Shown here piece after piece: positions 7,201 to 13,876 of a stretch of 18,183 nt of DNA. The translations under genes and the position numbers were made by a program. The notes below the pieces were generated by a model. That model searched no databases, was not told where the DNA came from, and worked only from the letters and a program-made list of their open reading frames with translations. Every line of letters begins with the position of its first letter. Within the stretch, counting starts at the first letter, position 1. The DNA comes from Polaribacter sp. (GTDB lineage Bacteria > Pseudomonadota > Gammaproteobacteria > Pseudomonadales > Cellvibrionaceae): contig CAXQRU010000078.1 of the NCBI GenBank assembly GCA_964226685.1, positions 1 through 18,183 on the forward strand. Reading direction: 5' to 3'.

Positions 7201-9700
7201 AGAAGGCTACGAAAAAGGCATTCACGATCACGATGCCACCTTGCTATTGAAAAAATTATTACCGGCTATTGCCAGTGCTGACCTACTCACGTTTGACCCG
7301 ACCAGCCGAGCCTTGGCTCAAGTGTTCTGGGCGAGCATAGAGCAAAGAAATATTTCAGGTATTGCTCACCGAGCTTGGATTGAACAAGCTCAATCAGCCG
7401 TGCAGTTAAATGAAATTTTTGCCAGCCACAAAGCATTGGATTTATTGATTGATGATGTAGAAACGGCGTTAAAGCTGTTTTTAGAGAGACACCCCTTAGC
7501 ACTCGACACCTACCATCAACGCCGAGCGGCGCACTATTTAGTGTTAGAACTTGGGCGCGATAGACTGGACTTTATCACTAGCAAATACGCGGAAAATTTA
7601 GCGGGAGAACTCAAACGTTCGTTAACGGATGAGCAGTGGCGACAGTATCAAAAATCATTAGATAATTTAAGCGGCCAGCCCAACCGGCGTTGGCAATTAA
7701 CCAACACTTGGCTCAATGCCTTAATTGAGAACAAACAACTCGGTCGCCTAGCTCACTACTTATCTGAGGCCATAGCCTTTTTAATTATTCGCGAACCCTT
7801 GAGTCGCCGCTCAGTTGAAGTCGATTTAGAAATTGATGTTCAGGGTTTACTGGGTAATCATAGTCGAATTGTGGATCGAGGCTTACTGCTATCTGTTGAT
7901 AATTTCTTGCAGCGTTTCGAGCAACATTGCACGGAGGTAATCCCCTCTTATCATCGCTATTTAGCATTGCGCCAACAAATCGCCGAGCGCGAACGCAAAC
8001 AGTTAAGGCTAGACTCCTTTAAGCCTAAGCCCTTAAGTTCATTTGTTCGCAACCGGCTCATTAATGAAGCGTATCTACCGATTATCGGGGATAACCTTGC
8101 CAAACAAATGGGCACTGTGGGTGAGAGCAAACGAACCGATTTGATGGGATTATTAATGATGATCTCGCCTCCTGGTTACGGTAAAACCACATTGATGGAA
8201 TACGTTGCCAGCCGCTTGGGTTTGATTTTCATGAAAATCAACTGCCCCTCCTTGGGTCACGATGTAACCTCGCTAGATCCTGCACAAGCGCCAAATGCAA
8301 CCGCCAAACAAGAGTTGAATAAAATCAATCTGTCCTTTGAGATGGGTAATAACGTTATGCTTTATCTGGATGATATTCAGCACACTCATCCAGAATTTTT
8401 GCAAAAATTTATTTCATTGTGTGATGGTACGCGGCGAATTGATGGTGTTTGGAACGGCGAGACCAAAACCTATGATATGCGCGGGCGTAAATTTTGTGTG
8501 GTGATGGCAGGCAACCCCTATACCGAGTCGGGCGAGGTTTTCAAAATTCCTGATATGCTTGCCAACCGCGCTGACATTTATAATCTGGGTGATATCTTAG
8601 GCGGCATGGATGAACAATTTGCCTTGAGTTATATTGAAAACGCACTCACTTCCAACCCTGTGCTCGCACCACTTGCACTGAGAGAATTGAGCGATGTCTA
8701 TAAACTGGTTCGCATGAGCCAGGGTGAGAATGTCCCTAGCACGGATTTAAGCTACAGTTATTCGGGTGCTGAGATTAACGAGATTACACAAGTCTTGAAA
8801 AAATTATTTGTGATCCAAGATGTCGTGCTCAAAATTAATCAGCAATATATTGCCTCAGCCGCGCAAGATGATAAGTATCGGACCGAACCGGCCTTTAAGT
8901 TACAGGGTAGTTATCGAAACATGAATAAAATGGCTGAAAAAGTTTCGGCCGTTATGAACGATGAAGAACTGATGGCGATGATTGCCGATCACTATTTGGG
9001 CGAGGCACAACTATTAACAACCGGCGCCGAGGCGAATTTATTAAAGCTTTCTGAACTTAGAGGCAATATGACACAGGAGCAGCACGCTCGCTGGCAAGCC
9101 ATTAAAGCCGACTTCCTGCGCAATAAAGCCATGGGCGGCGATGAAACCGATACTGGCAACAAAATGGTTGTGCAGCTTAATGATATCGTCAATAGCTTAA
9201 AACAGTTGGGTGTGGCAACGCAAAGTAGCGGGCAATCATTGACGAGCGTGGTGGAGTCGATCAATCATCAAAATAGCGAATCGCAACAGGCGGCTATTGA
9301 CCAATTAAGCAATATTGTAAAAGGTTTGCAGCAGCTAGGAAAAATCACCAATAGTAACGGCAAATCCCTAGCCGCACTGGTTGAAAACCTAGAAAAAGAA
9401 GAGCCTTTATTGCTGGATGAAGCGACTCAACCGCAGTCTGAAAGTTCACAAATGGTTGAAGCACTGGTTCAGGCTTTGGAAAAAATTGAAACCGTTGGCG
9501 AGGGTGCGCCCAATGAGATTGCACATTCTCTAGCGCAATTGACCCAGGAAATCGATCAAATCGCCAAGCCCTTGATCAAGAAGATGGATAAAAAATTATC
9601 GGTTGATTTGAGAACTTACTTTAGAGTCACTGAATTATCCAAAAAAATTATTGAAATGAATCAAAAATCGCCGGCAAAAAAGGCAACCAAAGGAGAGTAG
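4268..9700 (+). CDS. Giant multidomain protein (1810 aa) with a beta-rich N-terminal region, a long helical middle, a C-terminal AAA+ ATPase core (AAA_5/MoxR-like) and C-terminal tandem repeats. Family not recognised.
   Basis: The 5433-nt ORF has no stops and a ribosome-binding site GGGAGA. Walker A is MMISPPGYGKTTLMEY (nt ~8159-8197). Walker B is VMLYLDDIQ (nt ~8357-8380). Sensor-1-like VVMAGNP and an Arg-containing LANRADIY follow. The C-terminus has about three degenerate ~43-aa repeats (…IVNSLKQLGVATQSSGQSLTSVVESI / …IVKGLQQLGKITNSNGKSLAALVENL…). Confidence 0.8.
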   Translation: MSSQDKSQAQDDNAIVNEAVAQGGAYEVIRQRLVDQAQQLHKHTQSLNEARISEFGSPDMSVLARVRVRTENNCVARDIVEVGQHLLFGYNVFIGLKRETKVDDVFSLYTITQNDDQYELTPVTASNTFLTDPRFVSDFDELYRYYKHTKLIQLSVRHGKLLAGFQIGEKLEDVRVFRWSVSADGKDISYIDNRGERDLALPPPYDFEWVNTTREDIVHSRHPHINIEDTLFISNNKGFLNIKIEDNTEEGMSVFREKVEDDTQSLDDLSVSYAITGKLILLKILPYREQISRYFVYNTLTQTIQRIDAIGQSCVQLPEDHGIIFPGGYYLESGEHKTFDEQYTGLMFKRSFRSPNGEDVLYIFYEPVEGVVGLFAYNMINKTLKNPIYGHGYAQFDNGLIIIFSSEGEPTRVHPMQLWQTPFFSAEYASALPDSQTPLGKIGNAELVRGISDLFSICRIVDNQSVSMRLYEELTRITQKIFDDYYWLTQDNFNDIKDSVNLITATAELVIDEFEKVESIRQQSAKTLQKAQEEQEKIISQARPDNWESAEQYVNALRKIRQQRGHLSTISDYRYIDKKKISDLDQELVKIEEKLSEKTVTFLVGEEALTPYFTKVEQLDHGVETANTIAELTPIIEAIEGTTAGLDVLSELMGTLQIDDATVRTRIIDSISEVYAKLNQSKAQANHRRKSLGSQEAVAQFSAQFKLFSQSITNALGLATTPDKCDEQLSRLLARLEELESQFSDFEDYLADIITKREEVYQAFEAHKQQLLDERQRKSQAVMEATNRILSSIEKRSLKFTDPDELNTYFASDSLVAKVREFVERLRDLNSAVQADDVEARFKSIKEQSIRALRDKTDIYEEGGNVIKLGPRHKFSVNTQELDLTLFPKEGVMNVHLTGTDFYEPIKNEDLDSLKAYWGLAVESETPQLYRAEYLAGSIIRAAQNQTDGLTIEILNTALLDDNHLSKLVRDFATPRYKEGYEKGIHDHDATLLLKKLLPAIASADLLTFDPTSRALAQVFWASIEQRNISGIAHRAWIEQAQSAVQLNEIFASHKALDLLIDDVETALKLFLERHPLALDTYHQRRAAHYLVLELGRDRLDFITSKYAENLAGELKRSLTDEQWRQYQKSLDNLSGQPNRRWQLTNTWLNALIENKQLGRLAHYLSEAIAFLIIREPLSRRSVEVDLEIDVQGLLGNHSRIVDRGLLLSVDNFLQRFEQHCTEVIPSYHRYLALRQQIAERERKQLRLDSFKPKPLSSFVRNRLINEAYLPIIGDNLAKQMGTVGESKRTDLMGLLMMISPPGYGKTTLMEYVASRLGLIFMKINCPSLGHDVTSLDPAQAPNATAKQELNKINLSFEMGNNVMLYLDDIQHTHPEFLQKFISLCDGTRRIDGVWNGETKTYDMRGRKFCVVMAGNPYTESGEVFKIPDMLANRADIYNLGDILGGMDEQFALSYIENALTSNPVLAPLALRELSDVYKLVRMSQGENVPSTDLSYSYSGAEINEITQVLKKLFVIQDVVLKINQQYIASAAQDDKYRTEPAFKLQGSYRNMNKMAEKVSAVMNDEELMAMIADHYLGEAQLLTTGAEANLLKLSELRGNMTQEQHARWQAIKADFLRNKAMGGDETDTGNKMVVQLNDIVNSLKQLGVATQSSGQSLTSVVESINHQNSESQQAAIDQLSNIVKGLQQLGKITNSNGKSLAALVENLEKEEPLLLDEATQPQSESSQMVEALVQALEKIETVGEGAPNEIAHSLAQLTQEIDQIAKPLIKKMDKKLSVDLRTYFRVTELSKKIIEMNQKSPAKKATKGE

Positions 9701-9714
9701 TATGAGTTATTTAG

Positions 9715-9985
9715 TTAAGGAACCTCTGATCAAGTCTAGCGTGCCTCTGGCCTAGCAGGTTTGTTCGAGATCTAGGCGCTTCTTTGCAGCAATGTCTAGA
9801 CCTTGCAAAAAGGAGCAACAACGATATCGGACAAACCTGCAGGCCCCGAAGGGCGTGGCCAAAACGTCCATATGCTGCGTTGAACTTCTTGCAAAGGACT
9901 AAGGCCATTAGACTGCGAAGTCCGCCTTGCCTATGAACGTTTTGACTCACGCAGAGCCGGCTAGACTTGATCAGAGGTTCCTTAA
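9715..9985. mobile_element. 271-bp element bounded by perfect 26-bp terminal inverted repeats (TTAAGGAACCTCTGATCAAGTCTAGC at 9715-9740, and its reverse complement at 9960-9985). MITE-like or a structured non-coding RNA.
   Basis: Direct reading. The two repeats match 26/26. The interior has nested complementary segments, for example GCAGGTTTGTTCGA (about 9755-9768) paired with TCGGACAAACCTGC (about 9827-9840). It has no ORF. It lies 14 nt after the stop of the giant gene. Confidence 0.55.
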
Positions 9986-10194
9986 GTTATAAATCCATTC
10001 AATGTTTTGCTAACGATGGCCGTTTGCTAGTTGATGAACTGGATGAATTATTATCCATCGCCTTGCGCGACGGCGTCGTTGATGAAGACGAACAGCGCGT
10101 GCTGAACAATATCATCGATCGATTAAATCCTGATGAACTCACCACAGACATGCTGGATAAAATTGCCGAGGTAAAAAAAGCCATTAATGCCTAA
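9967..10194 (+). CDS. Small acidic ORF with a TerB-like motif (…DGRLLVDELDELLSIALRDGVVDEDEQRVLNNIIDRL…). No ATG start; it begins inside the right inverted repeat. Either a 3' gene remnant or a small protein with a non-canonical start.
   Basis: The only in-frame start candidates are TTG and GTG codons, and there is no clear ribosome-binding site. The D/E-rich helical repeat resembles TerB/DjlA-N-type domains from memory. The stem-loop with the 12-bp stem follows. Confidence 0.3.
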   Translation: MIRGSLSYKSIQCFANDGRLLVDELDELLSIALRDGVVDEDEQRVLNNIIDRLNPDELTTDMLDKIAEVKKAINA

Positions 10195-10201
10195 TCGACC
10201 A

Positions 10202-10232
10202 AATAAGGCTACCCATTTTCGGTAGCCTTATT
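10202..10232. terminator. Bidirectional intrinsic terminator between convergent genes: a perfect 12-bp stem AATAAGGCTACC/GGTAGCCTTATT with loop CATTTTC
   Basis: Direct reading. The stem contains A/T-rich ends that supply U-tracts on both strands. It lies between the 3' ends of 9967-10194 (+) and dprA (-). Confidence 0.7.
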
Positions 10233-10246
10233 CATCTTAATTCACG

Positions 10247-11338
10247 TTAAACTCGCTCAAAACCCCAACGACTGTAACGGATCAAGCCTTTTAATTCCAA
10301 CATCATTAAGCCCGAAGCCAGCTCACTGGAATCTAAGCAAGTCATATCGGTTAATAGCTCCAAAGATACGGTATCAAATCCCATAGCATCGTAAATGGTT
10401 TGCTCGTTCGGCGCTAAACCTTCGCTGGATCGTGCCTCGTGAGCAAAGGCCTTAATGGGACTCAATACATCCTCCAAATGCTCGGCAATATCCTCTGGCG
10501 ACTCGGCCAAAATGGCGCCCTGGCGAATTAATTCGTGTGGCCCTTTAGACTGTGGATTTTGGATGGAACCTGGCAAGGCAAACACTAAGCGATTTTGCTC
10601 ATTGGCCAAACGCGCGGTAATTAGTGAGCCGCTTTTAATGGCAGCCTCCACGACAATGGTGGCACAACTTAAGCCGCTAATGATGCGATTACGCTCAGGG
10701 AAGTGGCCGGCACGGGGCGGCGTGGTCGGTAAAAACTCGCTCACCAACGCACCCCCATGTTCTAAAATTTCCTCAGCCAAACGCTCGTGACGCTTGGGGT
10801 ACACTGAGTCCACGCCCGTTGCCATCACCGCAATGGTGGGCTTGCGCTGATCCACCACGGCCTGATGGGCGGCACCATCAATACCGATCGCCAAACCACT
10901 GGTGACCACAAAACCGCTCAGAGCCAATGATTGCGCAAAATAGCGCGCGTTGCGCGCGCCGCCGGCACTGGGGTGGCGCGATCCCACAATGGCCAACTGC
11001 GGCAAGGTTAATGGGCTAACATCGCCGCGCACAAATAACACCAAGGGCGGTCGCACGGTTTGTGCCAACAAGGGCGGGTAATGTTCACTGCCGTAAGCGA
11101 CCAGTGTGGCTCCAAAGCGTTCTAACTTTTCCATCACCGCCTGAGCTTGGCGATGCAATGGGCTGGCAGCCCCTGCCGCTTGATAATTGCCTAAGGCTTG
11201 TTTGGCTTTGTCATTGATGGTGAGGGCCTGTGGGTCAGCGTTTAAGATCGCTTCAGGGGTTTGAAAGTGCTCAAGCAGTTGCCAAGCGGTATTGCGGCCA
11301 ACGCCGGGGAGTAATTGCAATAATAAATAGGGGGACAT
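10247..11338 (-). CDS. dprA: DNA processing protein A (DprA/Smf)
   Basis: 363 aa. It has the DprA Rossmann-like core (…LAIVGSRHPSAGGARNARYFAQSLALSGFVVTSGLAIGIDGAAHQAVV… TIAVMATGVDSVYPKRH… ALPGSIQNPQSKGPHELIRQGA…). The ribosome-binding site is AAGGA. Its GC content is visibly higher than that of the flanking genes. Confidence 0.9.
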   Translation of the reverse strand: MSPYLLLQLLPGVGRNTAWQLLEHFQTPEAILNADPQALTINDKAKQALGNYQAAGAASPLHRQAQAVMEKLERFGATLVAYGSEHYPPLLAQTVRPPLVLFVRGDVSPLTLPQLAIVGSRHPSAGGARNARYFAQSLALSGFVVTSGLAIGIDGAAHQAVVDQRKPTIAVMATGVDSVYPKRHERLAEEILEHGGALVSEFLPTTPPRAGHFPERNRIISGLSCATIVVEAAIKSGSLITARLANEQNRLVFALPGSIQNPQSKGPHELIRQGAILAESPEDIAEHLEDVLSPIKAFAHEARSSEGLAPNEQTIYDAMGFDTVSLELLTDMTCLDSSELASGLMMLELKGLIRYSRWGFERV

Positions 11339-11598
11339 AGTTCATCCTTGAATTAAATTAAATCACCAGTGTAACCAAAAATTCTGGTTCGCTCAATTGG
11401 TATCTAGGCCCTTTCTCAAAATTCAATTGGCTCGCTTGGGAGACTCTTCACATGTCACAAAACTGTCATAAAAAAGTCATCCCCATCAGGTAGAATGTAA
11501 AGTGTAGTACCACCTCAAGCCACCTTTTCGTTTTCGTACTACTTAGGCTTACTCTCAACCCTCCCTATCTATACAAGGAATTTTTTCAAGGAGAAATC

Positions 11599-13665
11599 AT
11601 GAAACCTGAAACCGCAGCTGGTGTCAGGGTAGATACTCTGCACCAACAAGATCCTCCTACGTATTTAGGGGATCTAGCCAAAAACCAACTTGCCGTCAGA
11701 GGCCCTGTAAGAGCCAATGACCCAAGAGCACTTAACCAACTCCACAACCGCATGGAGAAATTTGCACCATTGGGTAGCGAAACGGATCGAGCCACGGCTC
11801 CCAGTAACTTTGTTAGTGGTGTCTTTGCTATCGCAGCGACAACTCTGGCTGCCGTTACTCTGCCGGTGCCAGCGTTTGCGGTAGCATCGGTGGGTCTTTT
11901 AGCTCGCTCTTACGTTTCACAACGCGCAGAAATGCGCAAGAAACTATTGGCTAGCAATAAAGACTCGGTCAATGCTTTCCAGCGAATGAAGGCCGCAAGG
12001 ACTTCAAGAGCTGAAGCTAAGACTCAAGGCCTAGCGTTTAGCCTCAAGAGTTGCTCAAAGATAATGGCTTGGCGACAAGTCAGAATCAGTGCGGCGAGTA
12101 TACCCTTGCTTACAGCTATTGGCTTGGGTATTGGCAGCGCCGCTGGCACCATGGGCTTATCGCTGGTGGGAATAGCCGCTGTGGCTGCTATCTCCTTGGC
12201 CGTGAGCTTGGCCGCTCAAGCTTTAGCAGCCTCCAAAGCTGACAAAGCCGCGCTCGAAGCTGAAGTACAACAAGAAGCGCTTCAACAGTATTCTCTTGGG
12301 TTACCCACCCACGGTGAGAATGGAGAAATCCTGCCTCACTCAGACAATGAGAATATCAAAGAAGTGCCCGAGGCGCGCCGAGCCTACCTAGTAGACAAGG
12401 TCGTTCGAGAGCTTAACCGCAACCCCGCCATTGTAGCGCCACCACCGGCTACCATTGACAGGGCTCCTTCTACCGATGATGACCAGTATTCATTGACCCT
12501 GGATGAGGATGGAGCAATCCTACCCAACCCACGACCAGTGAATATTATCGGCAACCCTGACAATCTAGTCCCAGATGATGGGTTTATTACGTTTGAAGGG
12601 GAGCAGTATGGGGATCCCGTTGGAGATGATCCAGATCCTCAAGTGGGTGCTCTTCCTGCCGGTGCATTTCCTGTGGGAGCGTTAATTGGCGGAGCCGTTC
12701 AGTCTGTGGTTTCTGACCACAGTTCTGCTGGAGCAAGAGGCAATGCCTCAAGTGTGGGTACTGTGGCCAGTGAACGGACACAAAAGCCATTTCGGGGGGG
12801 ATTTTTCAAAAGCCTACAGGTGTTTGCGCGTTCGCACACACGCCTCTTAGGCTTTGGAATGAATCCTTTTAAGGAACCCAGTGAAAATGACTTGGTCTCT
12901 TACCGAAATGCGGTACACCGCTCCAACCAGGTCGCCAATCGCTTTACCGATAATGGTAAACGCTTTGGTGCCTATGTGGGTGCGGGTGCCGGGGCTTTTG
13001 GCGCCGTTGGTGCTGCGGGTATTTGGTTAAAACACGGTAGTGATCAAGATTTCGAGTTTGATGGTGCCCATCGGTTATTTGGCCCATTAGGTGGAATCTT
13101 GTCGGCGATATCAAGCTGTTACAGTTTGTTCGCCTCCTCGGATGTAAAGCCTGTTGAACTTAGCGATAAGCTCAACAGTACTCTACAACCAAGGCGCTAC
13201 CAAGCGAGTCCAGAGCAACTTGACAGGGTCAACCTAATCAAGAGCTGGGGCAAGTGTAAACCATCGCTCAATGAGCGGCGCAAAGCCGCGGGCATTAACG
13301 TGGCTACGGCCGCAGCCTTAACCGCTTTGACGGTGGCGTCAATACCCGCTGGTGGCATTCCCATTGCCATTGTGGGTTTTGTTGCGATTGGCACTGCGGT
13401 TGCGAATATGGCGTCTTCGACCTATCTAGCAGGTTGGCGTTACAATAAGGCGGTGATCAAACAGAAATGTTTTGATGATTGCGTTAAGTTGGCGGCCCAG
13501 GGGCGGCTTTTTACAGGTCGGGAGTATACTCCTGAAGCTCGTAACAAGCTCAAATCTTGGGCAAATCCGAAAGGCGGACCTCTGAGTTTTAAAGAGGTGC
13601 GACTTGAGGCTTTGGATGCCGAACGTCATATTAATAAGCTGCGTTCTCAACTGCTGATTCGCTAG
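11599..13665 (+). CDS. 688-aa hypothetical protein with several Gly/Ala-rich hydrophobic (glycine-zipper-like) segments and a Pro/Asp-rich linker. No family recognised.
   Basis: The ORF is long and free of stops. The ribosome-binding site AAGGAG lies 6 nt upstream. Its hydrophobic segments include IAATTLAAVTLPVPAFAVASVGLLA, LLTAIGLGIGSAAGTMGLSLVGIAAVAAISLAVSLAAQALAA, AYVGAGAGAFGAVGAAGIWL and VATAAALTALTVASIPAGGIPIAIVGFVAIGTAVANMA. A strong terminator follows. Confidence 0.7.
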   Translation: MKPETAAGVRVDTLHQQDPPTYLGDLAKNQLAVRGPVRANDPRALNQLHNRMEKFAPLGSETDRATAPSNFVSGVFAIAATTLAAVTLPVPAFAVASVGLLARSYVSQRAEMRKKLLASNKDSVNAFQRMKAARTSRAEAKTQGLAFSLKSCSKIMAWRQVRISAASIPLLTAIGLGIGSAAGTMGLSLVGIAAVAAISLAVSLAAQALAASKADKAALEAEVQQEALQQYSLGLPTHGENGEILPHSDNENIKEVPEARRAYLVDKVVRELNRNPAIVAPPPATIDRAPSTDDDQYSLTLDEDGAILPNPRPVNIIGNPDNLVPDDGFITFEGEQYGDPVGDDPDPQVGALPAGAFPVGALIGGAVQSVVSDHSSAGARGNASSVGTVASERTQKPFRGGFFKSLQVFARSHTRLLGFGMNPFKEPSENDLVSYRNAVHRSNQVANRFTDNGKRFGAYVGAGAGAFGAVGAAGIWLKHGSDQDFEFDGAHRLFGPLGGILSAISSCYSLFASSDVKPVELSDKLNSTLQPRRYQASPEQLDRVNLIKSWGKCKPSLNERRKAAGINVATAAALTALTVASIPAGGIPIAIVGFVAIGTAVANMASSTYLAGWRYNKAVIKQKCFDDCVKLAAQGRLFTGREYTPEARNKLKSWANPKGGPLSFKEVRLEALDAERHINKLRSQLLIR

Positions 13666-13683
13666 CATCAGCTTCTACCATCA

Positions 13684-13725
13684 GCATCACACCCCTCCAA
13701 AAGGTGTGGTGCTGTTTTTTCTTTT
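13684..13725 (+). terminator. Rho-independent terminator (GCATCACACC…GGTGTGGTGC stem with one mismatch, then TGTTTTTTCTTTT)
   Basis: Direct reading. A GC-rich hairpin is followed by a T-run 18 nt after the stop at 13665. Confidence 0.75.
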
Positions 13726-13876
13726 GTGGACAGGCACGATGCAAGGGATCTTTAAAAATATAAAGATGAACTAAAGGTAAAGGTCGGGGACAGGCATCAC
13801 TGAAAAATCTTTACGAGTAATTTTGAGGAGTCAGCAAACAGTAGCAAAGCCCATCCATAGGCTATCTATTTTTTGA

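Noticed and set aside
4767-9264. Several 60-90-aa ORFs on both strands inside the 1810-aa gene (for example 4767-4988, 6243-6476, 6743-6955, 8992-9264)
   Set aside because: They are fully nested in a 5.4-kb uninterrupted frame with clear protein-like sequence. They have no independent start signals.
9715-9985. Retron msr/msd non-coding RNA (flanking a1/a2 inverted repeats)
   Set aside because: There is no reverse-transcriptase gene adjacent on either strand, and the repeats are longer and more perfect than typical a1/a2. A MITE-like or structured-RNA interpretation is preferred.
10455-10790. 111-aa plus-strand ORF inside dprA
   Set aside because: It lies opposite a well-supported conserved gene. 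A GC-rich region yields long spurious frames.
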